32,000 bases of DNA from Ktedonobacterales bacterium (GCA_030167145.1 CP126532.1:4110001-4142000), one strand, 5' to 3'. Shown: positions 1 through 10,189, numbered from the stretch's first letter. Numbers and translations are program-made. The notes: a model not told the origin generated them from the letters alone.

Positions 1-1266
1 CGCCGGTGAACGCGCGGCGAAACTGGGCGTATGTGAGAGCGCCGCCAGCGCCACCATATAGATCGAAGATTTGCCCGATGCGTTGGCGTTTGATGCGAAC
101 GCGAGCAACAGGCTGTCTGGCGACCATGCGGGACGCCAGGATGGAGCATAGCCGGAGAGGTAGCGCGCTCCGGTCCATGGATTTTGCACCGGCAGGCAAC
201 CATGCGCGGGTAACGCGACGATGTCATTCAGCCTTCCCGCCGCGCGCTGGAAGGCGAGCCAGCGACCATCAGGCGAACAAGCGGGCCATGCGTCATTCGC
301 CTCGTTCGTCACCTGCTCCTGCGCGCCTGTGTCGGGCGAGAGCGCGACTAGCCCGGCGCTTCCGTTATAGAGCAGCCAGTTGCCATCAGGCGACCAGGCG
401 AGCGTGGAGCATGGCGAGCAATCGCCGACCAACATACGCGGACCGGCGCCGGCGACCTCCAGCCAGCCATCGCGTGTTGCGCTCAATTGCGCCAGCCACA
501 GGCTGGATTTCCCGCCTGCGCCAGAGATAAACGCCAGGATGTGTGTACGCGGCGCATAGACCGGAGAAAATAGTGCCGAAAATACGTCCGCTGTTGCCGG
601 TGTGGGGGTTCCACCTTCCAGGCTTGCCTCCGTGGGCCAGAGGACGCGCCATGCCCCAGTACGCGCATTGACCTCGCCCAGAATGCGCGGCTCGCCGACG
701 ACCCACTGCCGCGCAACGAACCACCCGTCCAGGCGCACTGCATCTAGCGAACGTATCCCCAGACCCAGCGGCGCATCGAGAACACCGCGCACGCCGCACG
801 CGAGGATGATCGTCAGCAACGCCAGCGCCACCGCGAAGGTCTGCCGCACCGTGGGGCGCGCGGCCTGCCAGTGTGTCTGGTGTATGTCGCGGCGCTTCGA
901 TTCGGGCAGGGCAGGGTAAGTAAGACGATCTGGTGGCGACTGTTGCGCTGAAGCTGGCTCAACCGCGAGCGCACCGGCGTTTGACGCTTTCTTCGCTGCC
1001 ACCGCGGTCTCGGCATCCCTATGGAGGGCGTCAAGCTTCTCACGTTCGGCGGCGTCGAGCCCCAGCGCTCCAACGATGCGCTTATACGCGGCGACAGGAG
1101 GTACGCGTTCACCCTCGTACTTGCGAATCGTGATCGTAACATAGCCCGCTTTCGCGCCCAGTTCTGCCTGTGTGAGGCCCGCACGATCACGATAACTCTT
1201 GAGCGCGTTCCAGAACGCGCGCTCCTCACGCGTCTCATCCGCAGTCGTCTCGTCGTCTGTTTTCAT
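1..1266 (-). CDS. Membrane-tethered XRE-family HTH protein with C-terminal TolB-like (PD40) beta-propeller; 3' end beyond window
   Basis: My own minus-strand translation from the ATG at 1266-1264 stays open to position 1 (422 codons, no stop). The supplied track omits it, probably because it runs off the edge. FWNALKSYRDRAGLTQAELGAKAGYVTITIRKYEGER is a Cro/XRE-type HTH. FAVALALLTIILACGV is a TM segment. Repeated WSPDGNWLLY / CSPDGRWLAF / WSPDSLLLAF motifs are typical of PD40 propeller blades. Confidence 0.8.
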   Translation of the reverse strand, partial: MKTDDETTADETREERAFWNALKSYRDRAGLTQAELGAKAGYVTITIRKYEGERVPPVAAYKRIVGALGLDAAEREKLDALHRDAETAVAAKKASNAGALAVEPASAQQSPPDRLTYPALPESKRRDIHQTHWQAARPTVRQTFAVALALLTIILACGVRGVLDAPLGLGIRSLDAVRLDGWFVARQWVVGEPRILGEVNARTGAWRVLWPTEASLEGGTPTPATADVFSALFSPVYAPRTHILAFISGAGGKSSLWLAQLSATRDGWLEVAGAGPRMLVGDCSPCSTLAWSPDGNWLLYNGSAGLVALSPDTGAQEQVTNEANDAWPACSPDGRWLAFQRAAGRLNDIVALPAHGCLPVQNPWTGARYLSGYAPSWRPAWSPDSLLLAFASNANASGKSSIYMVALAALSHTPSFAARSPA

Positions 1267-1829
1267 GGCCGTGCGCCCCCTTCTGCCGCCCGGTCATCCA
1301 CCTCTTCGCCTGCGACATATGGTGTCCTCTGGGCACCTGCTACACGCCGCGCGCCGCTATCCCACACCGTCATTTCGCCCGCTGTATCGCTCTAGTATCG
1401 CTTGTATCTCTGGAATTTCCGCTGTTCCCACCGCACACTCAAGATGCCAGCGCGGAACGGGTAGCCACCGCTTCGGGCTGGCGCCGTACCGACCGGGTGG
1501 GTACTGCTCTTTCCGCATTTCGCGCCATAGGCCGTATATCACCTTCTAGCGCCGATGGAGCTGGACGCGAACCAGCGGCCGTGGCGAAGCGCCACGGATG
1601 CCAACCACCCATACATCAGCCATATATCGGTGACACGAAGCGGAAAGGAGCAACAGCGTATGCCGTATAGCTAATCGCCCTTCCAGGTAGCGAAAGAGCC
1701 TGAATCCGCCGGGTACCAGCCGCGCGGCTCAAGCTCTCTCGAAGCGTCTTCCTGGCGCTGCGTTGCGCAGCTCGCGCACATTCCCTCGAATGGTTTTTTC
1801 ACAGCCTCCACAGGAGTCGCATCAAGCGT

Positions 1830-2105
1830 ATGATACAGATGCTTTCCCGTGGCGCGCAAGTCCGCGCGCATTCACGGCACAATTCTCGCTGTTCTCTCGT
1901 TCGCCCACAGCATGCGCGGCTGCGCGCAGTGCGTCGCTGGGTGCTCTCCGCCACACTGGCGGTGGCGCTCGCCAGCGGTGTCTCGCTGCCCGGCCTCGTG
2001 GCTTCGCACACCAGCGTGCAGACGGTACACGCTCAGCACCTGCGCGCTGACGGCGGGAGTGGTCCACTGTTTCCCTGCGGCGGTGGGGTTCCCCTGTTCT
2101 GTTAG
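1830..2105 (+). CDS. Small hypothetical protein with a signal-peptide/TM-like segment and a Gly/Cys tail (start uncertain; internal GTG at 1929 is possible)
   Basis: Of three overlapping plus-strand ORFs, only this frame looks protein-like. It has a basic N-region, then RRWVLSATLAVALASGVSLPGLVA, then QHLRADGGSGPLFPCGGGVPLFC with an internal PLF(P)C repeat. GC3 is about 76% from codon 34 onward. AGGAG at 1812-1816 lies 13 nt before the ATG at 1830. A plus-oriented terminator at 2165-2196 shows that a plus-strand transcript ends here. Confidence 0.3.
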   Translation: MIQMLSRGAQVRAHSRHNSRCSLVRPQHARLRAVRRWVLSATLAVALASGVSLPGLVASHTSVQTVHAQHLRADGGSGPLFPCGGGVPLFC

Positions 2106-2164
2106 CCGCGTGCTAGCCTCCGGCTAGTCGTGTTGCGCTTGCGCAATTTGATCGAAGTTGTTGA

Positions 2165-2196
2165 TGACGGAGCCATGCGCGGCTCCGTCACTTTTC
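2165..2196 (+). terminator. Intrinsic terminator
   Basis: TGACGGAGCC-ATGCGC-GGCTCCGTCA forms a perfect 10-bp stem with a 6-nt loop, followed by CTTTTC. The reverse orientation has no U-tract. Confidence 0.6.
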
Positions 2197-2257
2197 GCCT
2201 GGTCAACTTGGCACGAGACATGATGAGCTAATAGTTTGGCAAAGTAGGCACAGGGAG

Positions 2258-2309
2258 CGAAGTTGACGCACGAAGAGGTCGCGAAAATCCCTCTTCTGCG
2301 TCAGCTTCG
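2258..2309. repeat. Long imperfect inverted repeat (about 20-bp stem)
   Basis: CGAAGTTGACGCACGAAGAGG ... CCTCTTCTGCGTCAGCTTCG has one wobble, one bulged C and a loop of about 11 nt. It lies in a lower-GC intergenic stretch upstream of the TPR gene. Confidence 0.4.
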
Positions 2310-2463
2310 TTTCCGCTGTAGAGTGGGGGCAGATCCGGCCTTCTCTTGGCCGAGGTGAGTAGTTTGCCGCGCGTATCGCTCTGTATTATTGCGTAGTGAT
2401 AGCTCGAATATGCACAATGTGATGAGTCATCCGTTAGAAAGGTTGGGGCGATCACGAATCATC

Positions 2464-2503
2464 GCGAAAGATGGAGTATGCCAGCTACTTCTCCATCTTT
2501 CGC
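2464..2503. promoter_or_regulatory. Perfect 13-bp inverted repeat 57 nt upstream of the TPR gene start
   Basis: GCGAAAGATGGAG - 14 nt - CTCCATCTTTCGC. This could be an operator or a leader hairpin. It is not followed by a U-tract. Confidence 0.4.
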
Positions 2504-2560
2504 TGATTCTCCGATGCAAGAGTGCCAAGACAGCCACCTACTGGGCAAGAAGGGTAGATT

Positions 2561-3694
2561 ATGCCGGAAGAAATCCCCATCGAGCAATTTGATAGTCTCG
2601 AGATGCATGCGGATGTTGACTACTCTGCGACTATAGCCGACATCCTGGGTTCGGCATATAGTTTGATCAAAGAGAAGCGCTACGAAGAAGCGCGTGATCT
2701 CATCAAGGCTCATGCCGACCAGCCGATGTCGCGAGCGCAGCGCCTCCGCGTCAATTGGGTGCGGGTGATGGCCGAAATTGGGCTGCAACAACTAGATGAA
2801 GCGGAAGAAGCCCTTGGGTGGATGATGCTGACTGCGGTGGAGCTTGAGGCGCGTGACGCGATTGCGTCTGCGGCATTTCTCTTCGGAGAAACGATGCGCG
2901 AACACCAGCTTTTCGAGTCGGGTCTTGAATATTTTGAGATGGCGTTGGATATGCTGCATGAGCGCGAGCACTATGACCACGCCTTTGAGCTGGACCTGCT
3001 GGCGCTGATTGCCAGCCAGCGTTTCATGCTGGGCAAATATACCGCAGCCGAAGAGGCCGTCCGGCAGGCGCGCGAGGTGGCGCTGCACGTGGCTGATCCC
3101 ACGCTCTCGCTGGCCAAAGCCGACTGGGTTGGCGCATTGCTCTGCCGCTGGGGCGGTCGCCTGGCCGAGGCGCAAGGTATCGCCGAGCGGCTCTATGGCG
3201 TCTACAAGCTCTATAACAGCCGCACGCAGATTGGGCGCATCAGCCTCGTGCTGGCCGACATCCAGATGGACATTGCCGCGCAGTTCAATCAAGGCGCTGC
3301 GCTGCGCAAGAAATACTTTGATACGTTGTCCGGCGTCAGCCAGTATATTCTCGACGCCCTCACCATGGCACGCGAGATCGGCGATCCCGGTTGCGAGGGG
3401 TTGGCGCTCCTTGCGAATGCTCGCCTGCGTCGCGCATTCGATGCATCTGATGATGTGCTGCCGCTCATTGCCGAAGCCGAACAAATCGCCGTCGAGACGA
3501 AGGATGCCGGCCTGTTAGGGCAGGTCTATACCGCGTTTGGTGATGCGATGCTGGCGCGTGGCGACGATCAGGATGTGCAGGAAGCGCGCACGTGGTATAC
3601 CGAAGCTATCAAGAGGTTGCGAAGCACAGGCGCCATCGCGCTGACCGTTTGGCCGCTACGTGGCTTGGAACGGCTGGACCGGGGTAACGATTAG
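2561..3694 (+). CDS. All-alpha TPR-like repeat protein (377 aa), no detectable DNA-binding or catalytic motif
   Basis: The ORF starts at an ATG with GAAGGG 6 nt upstream. The sequence is a run of helix-pair-like segments rich in A/L/E with Y/W/G spacing (e.g. AYSLIKEKRYEEARDLI, GKYTAAEEAVRQAREVAL, GQVYTAFGDAMLARGDDQDVQEARTWYTEAI). This is typical of TPR/Rap-like folds. Confidence 0.75.
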   Translation: MPEEIPIEQFDSLEMHADVDYSATIADILGSAYSLIKEKRYEEARDLIKAHADQPMSRAQRLRVNWVRVMAEIGLQQLDEAEEALGWMMLTAVELEARDAIASAAFLFGETMREHQLFESGLEYFEMALDMLHEREHYDHAFELDLLALIASQRFMLGKYTAAEEAVRQAREVALHVADPTLSLAKADWVGALLCRWGGRLAEAQGIAERLYGVYKLYNSRTQIGRISLVLADIQMDIAAQFNQGAALRKKYFDTLSGVSQYILDALTMAREIGDPGCEGLALLANARLRRAFDASDDVLPLIAEAEQIAVETKDAGLLGQVYTAFGDAMLARGDDQDVQEARTWYTEAIKRLRSTGAIALTVWPLRGLERLDRGND

Positions 3695-3736
3695 TCTGCC
3701 AAAACAATTTGATACGAGGGAACGGTGGAGGGCAGT

Positions 3737-5131
3737 ATGGCAACGGAGCCTGCGACGCGCGATGAGCAGATACTGACCTTCCCGCCGGGCTTTCTCTGGG
3801 GTGTCGCAACCTCATCCCATCAGTACGAGGGCGGCAATACCAACAATCAGTGGTATGCCTGGGAGCAGGCTGGCCATATCAAATCTGGCGATACGTGTGG
3901 GCTGGCCTGCGACTGGTGGAACGCCGCCGAGCGCGACTTCGACGCCGCGCAGCGCATGGGGCTGAATGCGCTGCGCCTCTCGCTGGAATGGAGTCGCATC
4001 GAGCCGCGCCCCGGCGAGTGGGATGCCCGCGCGCTCGAACGCTATCGCGCCATGCTACGCGCGCTGCGCGACCGAAATATCGCACCGATGGTGACGCTAC
4101 ACCACTTCACCAATCCACTCTGGTTCGAGGAGCGCGGCGCATTCCTCGCGTCCGACGCCATCGAGCGTTTCGAGCGCTACACGGCGCATGCGGTTGAGGC
4201 GCTCGGTGATCTCTGCGACTTCTGGTGTACGATCAACGAGCCGAATATCTACAGCATCGTCGGCTATCAGATCGGCGACTTTCCCCCCGGACGCAAAGGC
4301 GCAGTTGCCGCCACGGTGCGCGTGCAGGCGGCGATGGCGCGCGCGCATGCCGCCGCCTACACAGCGATCCACCGCCTTCAGCCTGCCGCGCGGGTGGGCT
4401 GGGCGCAGAATATCAATACCTTTGATCCCGCGCGGCCAAACTCGCGGCTCGACTGGCGCATTGCGACGCTGATAGATAGCGCCTTCAACGACTTCTTTCC
4501 GCGCGCCGTGCGAACGGGCAGCGCGCGATTCCCGTTCAGCCTCGCCGCTGGCGATCTGCGCGCCGTCAAAGACACCTGCGACTTTGTGGGCATCAACCTC
4601 TATTATCGCGACCTGATCCACTTCGACTTGCGCTCCGCGACACAGCTTTTTGGACGGCGCGAGGTTGCCCCCGGCGCGCCGCGCAGCGATCAACCGGTCA
4701 CTGGCACGTGGGGCGAGGTCTATCCCGCTGGCATCGTCCGCGTCGCCGAGCGGGTCGCGCCGCTGGGCAAGCCCATCTACGTGACGGAGAACGGTGTCGC
4801 CGACGCCACGGACCGGCTGCGCCCCTGGCAAATCGCGCAGGCGGTGAAGGCGCTGCATGCCGCGCTGGCGCGGGGACTGGATGTGCGTGGCTACTATCAT
4901 TGGTCGCTGGTAGATAACTTTGAGTGGGCCGAGGGCTGGGCGACGCGCTTCGGGTTGATCGCATTAGACCCCGCGACCCAGGAGCGCACGCCGCGCCGCA
5001 GCGCTGAGTTCTACAGCGCAATTGCCCATGCCAACGCGCTCACGCCCGCTATGCTGCGCGCATATGCGCCTACCGCGCTCGCTGAGATTTTCCCAGACTC
5101 CCCAGCGGCGGTGGCGCCAGAGACACACTGA
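3737..5131 (+). CDS. GH1 beta-glucosidase/beta-galactosidase family
   Basis: GH1 motifs are present: FLWGVATSSHQYEG, TLHHFTNPLW, TINEPN (acid/base Glu), YVTENG (nucleophile Glu) and WSLVDNFEW. I prefer the ATG at 3737, which has GGAGGG 4-5 nt upstream, over the track's GTG at 3725. Confidence 0.92.
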   Translation: MATEPATRDEQILTFPPGFLWGVATSSHQYEGGNTNNQWYAWEQAGHIKSGDTCGLACDWWNAAERDFDAAQRMGLNALRLSLEWSRIEPRPGEWDARALERYRAMLRALRDRNIAPMVTLHHFTNPLWFEERGAFLASDAIERFERYTAHAVEALGDLCDFWCTINEPNIYSIVGYQIGDFPPGRKGAVAATVRVQAAMARAHAAAYTAIHRLQPAARVGWAQNINTFDPARPNSRLDWRIATLIDSAFNDFFPRAVRTGSARFPFSLAAGDLRAVKDTCDFVGINLYYRDLIHFDLRSATQLFGRREVAPGAPRSDQPVTGTWGEVYPAGIVRVAERVAPLGKPIYVTENGVADATDRLRPWQIAQAVKALHAALARGLDVRGYYHWSLVDNFEWAEGWATRFGLIALDPATQERTPRRSAEFYSAIAHANALTPAMLRAYAPTALAEIFPDSPAAVAPETH

Positions 5132-5260
5132 GCTGAAAGATTGGCCTGCCTCTTGCCGTATAGAACTATAACCGATGCTGAATCGTACCTCCTTCTGGAA
5201 TCAGGTGGCTAGCAAACTAGCAGGCGGTAGGCTTCGTCTGCTTCCCTGGGAGAAGTGGCG

Positions 5261-6373
5261 ATGGAGGAGCGCAGCCCAATCACGATACCAGCGCACGCGG
5301 CGAAGATCCCGCGCTGGTTGCCCGTCGCGGCCACCGGCCTCGGTGTGACCGGACTTGCGGTGTCGAGCGGCTCGCTGGCGCTGGCGGTCCGCTTCGTGCG
5401 CGAGCTATCGCGCCCACATCAAGAGCTAGATGAGTCGCGGATGCCGCCGGATGTGCTGATGCCCTGGACGATGCCGATCACGTCGCCAGAGCCACCAGCC
5501 GCACTTCAGCGTTCGCTCCTCTTTCAGACGAAACGCGGCGTGGAGCTTCGCGGCGACTTCTGGGCACAGCCGCGCCCCGCGCCCACTATCGTGCTGTGCC
5601 ACGGCTATCGTGCCTCACGTGCGCGGCTGCGGCCAGCGGCGGCGCTGGAGTATGAGCACGGGTTTAATGTGCTGCTCTTCGATTTCCGCGGCCACGGCGA
5701 GAGCGCACACGCCGAAACCACTGGCGGCATCGCCGAGGTGTATGATCTGGAAGCCGCGATAGCGCTGGCGGCGGAGCAGCCCGAAACGCTGCCGAACCAG
5801 ATCATCGTGCATGGCTTCTCGATGGGCGCCGCCACTGCGCTGCTGCTGCCGCAGCAGCCGGGCGTCGTCGCCATCATCGCCGACAGCCCCTACGCGCGGC
5901 TCGACGACATCCTGCGGCGGATGATTGGCTGGCAACTCGGCGAGGGAACCGCTGCATGGCGTTCACCGCTGCGCCCGCTGCGCCGCGTGATTCCCGCTAT
6001 CTCGTGGGCGACGGTGACGGCCAGCGACGTGGTGTTTCGCGTGCGCTTCGGTCTGCCACTCTACGCCCGCCCCGCGAGTTCCTTCCAACTGAAGCGCGGT
6101 TGGCGCAGCAAGCGCAGCGTATCTTCATCGCACGTGCCCGTGCTGCTGATCCATGCGACACGCGACCCATTCATTCCCATCGCCCATGCGCGCCAGATAG
6201 CGGACGCCGCAACACGCGCCTGCGCCCCATTGGAAACCTACTTCGCCGAAAGCGCGATTCACTGCGGCGCCTTCGCCTCCGACCCTCAGCGCTACATCAC
6301 CGCCGTACTCGACTTCATCCGCCGCAGCCTCGCAGGCGAAGCAGGCCGTTCGCCATCAACTGCCTGGCGCTAG
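5261..6373 (+). CDS. Alpha/beta hydrolase with N-terminal membrane anchor
   Basis: An N-terminal hydrophobic segment (WLPVAATGLGVTGLAVSSGSLALAV) is followed by the oxyanion motif LCHGY and the nucleophile elbow HGFSMGA (GxSxG). The ATG at 5261 is preceded by GGGAGAAG. Confidence 0.85.
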   Translation: MEERSPITIPAHAAKIPRWLPVAATGLGVTGLAVSSGSLALAVRFVRELSRPHQELDESRMPPDVLMPWTMPITSPEPPAALQRSLLFQTKRGVELRGDFWAQPRPAPTIVLCHGYRASRARLRPAAALEYEHGFNVLLFDFRGHGESAHAETTGGIAEVYDLEAAIALAAEQPETLPNQIIVHGFSMGAATALLLPQQPGVVAIIADSPYARLDDILRRMIGWQLGEGTAAWRSPLRPLRRVIPAISWATVTASDVVFRVRFGLPLYARPASSFQLKRGWRSKRSVSSSHVPVLLIHATRDPFIPIAHARQIADAATRACAPLETYFAESAIHCGAFASDPQRYITAVLDFIRRSLAGEAGRSPSTAWR

Positions 6374-6387
6374 CCAAGTGTTGCTTG

Positions 6388-6846
6388 TTAGCCCAAGCGA
6401 TCCAAGAACTCGCCTGGCGTCAAGCTCAATATCGAAGACGATTGGAAGCCCGACTTATCACGGGTTACAATTGCGTCTACCTGGGCATCTACGGCACACG
6501 TTATCTGCACGGCATCTTCAAAATCAGCGGTCAGCGAAGTTTTGCCATCCATTGCGCGGCGCAAAATATCTCCATTGACCATGCAGATCGAAAAAGTATC
6601 GAGGCAAAGCGCAATGGCGCTATATGCATCCTCAATACCTTTTGCTCGGCGTGCAATGTAGAAGATGTTGGTCACTGTCGTCGCGGCAATGCAGCCTATG
6701 ATCCGCTCGTCATCAACCGCGCTCCATAACAATTTCGCCTCACCTACCCATGGCTCACGGTTTAGCAGCACATCTAACACGATATTGGTATCAAAGAGCA
6801 CTCGCTGCTTTAGCCGTACTTCTCCTGCCTGTGCTCCTCCAACCAT
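6388..6846 (-). CDS. PIN-domain toxin (VapC-like ribonuclease)
   Basis: VLFDTNIVLDVLL is the first acidic PIN motif and a later VTRDKSGF motif is present. The gene overlaps or abuts an upstream small ORF in classic TA geometry. An alternative start is the GTG at 6801, 9 nt after the antitoxin stop. Confidence 0.85.
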   Translation of the reverse strand: MVGGAQAGEVRLKQRVLFDTNIVLDVLLNREPWVGEAKLLWSAVDDERIIGCIAATTVTNIFYIARRAKGIEDAYSAIALCLDTFSICMVNGDILRRAMDGKTSLTADFEDAVQITCAVDAQVDAIVTRDKSGFQSSSILSLTPGEFLDRLG

Positions 6847-7097
6847 TGCTCCACCTCCTCATCACTTGGCGCGGGGCGATTTGTTGCTAATAAGCCAAGC
6901 GCCCTATTCAGAGTGCGCTCGCGTGGGTGGGAGATCACTGCACTGGGTGACTCAGTGTTGGTGCCACGCGCTTCGGGAAGAATTGTCCGCAGGAGATGAA
7001 AGAGAATATCAACCTGTTCTTCCCGTGATAGCTGCTCAATTGTTTTGAGGGCATCTGTATACGCATTGGATGTTTGGGTATCTATGTCCATAGCCAT
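6810..7097 (-). CDS. Putative antitoxin of the PIN toxin (95 aa from M58 of the track ORF)
   Basis: GGAGGC lies directly upstream of ATG 7097/7091. The product is MAMDIDTQTS...EEVEQWLEEHRQEKYG, acidic with a helical C-terminus. Its stop lies inside or adjacent to the PIN start. The upstream part of the 152-aa track ORF is Gly/Arg-rich and overlaps the metK terminator, so it is unlikely to be coding. Confidence 0.6.
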   Translation of the reverse strand: MAMDIDTQTSNAYTDALKTIEQLSREEQVDILFHLLRTILPEARGTNTESPSAVISHPRERTLNRALGLLATNRPAPSDEEVEQWLEEHRQEKYG

Positions 7098-7128
7098 GCC
7101 TCCACAAGGATATATCGCACACAGTCTA

Positions 7129-7171
7129 CCACAAAAGAATGCCCCCTTCCCATATCCAGAGGAGGGGGCAT
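7129..7171 (-). terminator. Intrinsic terminator of metK
   Basis: The minus-strand RNA is AUGCCCCCU - 15 nt - AGGGGGCAU followed by UCUUUUGUGG. It lies 28 nt after the metK stop. Confidence 0.7.
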
Positions 7172-7198
7172 CTGCGATGACTCGCGAAGGCGGCGCGC

Positions 7199-8455
7199 CT
7201 ACACCGTCTGCGCCACTGTCTCGCCCACGGCGCGGCGCAGCTCCTCCACCTTGTCGGTCCGCTCCCACGGCGCGTCAATGTCCGTGCGGCCAAAGTGGCC
7301 AAAAGCGGCAGTCGGCTGATAGATCGGGCGGCGCAGGTTCAGCGTCTGGATGATCCCTGCCGGGCGCAGGTCGAAGTGTTCGTTGACCAGTTCGATCAGC
7401 TTCTCATCCGAGACTTTGCCCGTGCCGAACGTCTCGACGAAGACCGAGAGTGGGCGCGCGACACCGATGGCATATGAAATCTGAATCTCGAAGCGGTCGG
7501 CCAGCCCCGCCGCGACGATATTCTTCGCCACATAGCGCGCCGCATAGGCTGCCGAGCGGTCCACCTTGGTCGGATCTTTGCCAGAGAATGCGCCGCCTCC
7601 GTGGCGAGCCATGCCGCCATACGTATCCACGATGATCTTGCGGCCGGTGAGGCCAGCATCGCCCATCGGCCCGCCGATGACGAAGCGTCCGGTTGGATTC
7701 ACGTAATATTTCGTGCCCTCATCCAGCAGATCGGCAGGGATCACCGGCTTGATGATGTGCTCGATCACGTCGGCGCGGATCTGCTCATAGGTGGCGTCGT
7801 CGGCGTGCTGCGTGGAGACGACGACGGTATCCACGCGGACGGGCTTGCCGTTCGCGTACTGGATCGTCACCTGGCTCTTGCCGTCTGGCCGCAGATAGGC
7901 CATCGGACCGTTGTCATCCCATGAGGCGCGGCGCACCTGCGAGAGTTGGCGCGTCAGCTTGTGGGCGTAGCTGATCGTCGCGGGCATCAGCTCTGGCGTC
8001 TCGTTGCAGGCAAAACCGATCATCATGCCCTGGTCGCCCGCGCCGATAGCATCTAGCTCTGCATCGGAGAGTGCGCCACTGGCCGTGCGCTCACGATATT
8101 CCAGCGACGAACTGACCCCGCGATCAATGTCGGGGCTTTGCTTGCCGATAGAGGTCGCGACGCCGCAGGTGCGGTAGTCGAAGCCATAGCGGGCGTCAAC
8201 ATAGCCGACATTCTTGATGGTATTGCGGACGATGTCGGGGATGTCGGCCCAAGCGGTGGTAGTGATCTCGCCCGCGACGAGGATTAGGCCGGTGGTAGTG
8301 GCCGTCTCGCAGGCAACGCGCGAGAGCGGATCTTGCGCGAGTAGGGCGTCGAGCACGCCATCGCTGATCTGGTCGCAGAGCTTGTCGGGGTGGCCCTCGG
8401 TCACGCTCTCGCTCGTGAAGAAGGACTTGGGATCGGTCATGAAACTGCTGGACAT
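7199..8455 (-). CDS. metK: S-adenosylmethionine synthetase
   Basis: Diagnostic motifs are [32 protein letters not shown] and [19 protein letters not shown]. The start is set at ATG 8455 ([10 protein letters not shown]) and the upstream 24 codons of the track ORF are an extension. Confidence 0.95.
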   Translation of the reverse strand: MSSSFMTDPKSFFTSESVTEGHPDKLCDQISDGVLDALLAQDPLSRVACETATTTGLILVAGEITTTAWADIPDIVRNTIKNVGYVDARYGFDYRTCGVATSIGKQSPDIDRGVSSSLEYRERTASGALSDAELDAIGAGDQGMMIGFACNETPELMPATISYAHKLTRQLSQVRRASWDDNGPMAYLRPDGKSQVTIQYANGKPVRVDTVVVSTQHADDATYEQIRADVIEHIIKPVIPADLLDEGTKYYVNPTGRFVIGGPMGDAGLTGRKIIVDTYGGMARHGGGAFSGKDPTKVDRSAAYAARYVAKNIVAAGLADRFEIQISYAIGVARPLSVFVETFGTGKVSDEKLIELVNEHFDLRPAGIIQTLNLRRPIYQPTAAFGHFGRTDIDAPWERTDKVEELRRAVGETVAQTV

Positions 8456-8554
8456 TGCATTCTTCTTCCTCTCACGAGGCGAAGCGCCGTCGTTTCGCCT
8501 CCAGTCGTCAGGGCGCCCACTGGACACCCTGACCGATTCCTCGCTGCGCGAGGC

Positions 8555-10153
<1,599 letters not shown>

Positions 10154-10189
10154 CTACGGTTATGATAACTGCTTGCGGATGCTCCGGAT

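Noticed and set aside
1357-1542. The 61-aa minus-strand ORF (MIYGLWREMRKEQYPPGRYGASPKRWLPVPRW...).
   Set aside because: GC3 is low (~59%) and there is no recognisable family or SD. It lies in the promoter/leader region of the XRE-propeller gene.
1545-1625. A tRNA-like T-arm on the minus strand (GCUGG-UUCGCGU-CCAGC, 1560-1576), preceded by a hairpin CGUGG-CGCUUCG-CCACG.
   Set aside because: The would-be anticodon loop lacks U33 and a purine at position 37. The variable region is too short. No complementary acceptor stem or D-arm can be built. It is not a tRNA.
1671-1871. The 66-aa minus-strand ORF (…KHLYHTLDATPVEAVKKPFEGMCASC…GWYPADSGSFATWKGD) as a gene or a remnant of a DinB-like protein.
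   Set aside because: A stop codon lies immediately upstream of its ATG. It has a weak SD, only moderate GC3 (~65%) and no motif I can assign. It may be a remnant, but it is not supportable as a feature.
2228-2455. The 75-aa minus-strand ORF in the TPR upstream region.
   Set aside because: It sits in atypically low-GC sequence and is spanned by the 20-bp hairpin. There is no SD and no motif. It is most likely non-coding.
8456-8554. A SAM riboswitch directly upstream of metK.
   Set aside because: The spacer is only 99 nt and contains none of the S-box core blocks (GGUGGAGGGA, GCAACC, GGUGCUAA). I could recognise no SAM-II, SAM-III or SAM-IV-like core by eye. It is kept only as a hairpin observation.
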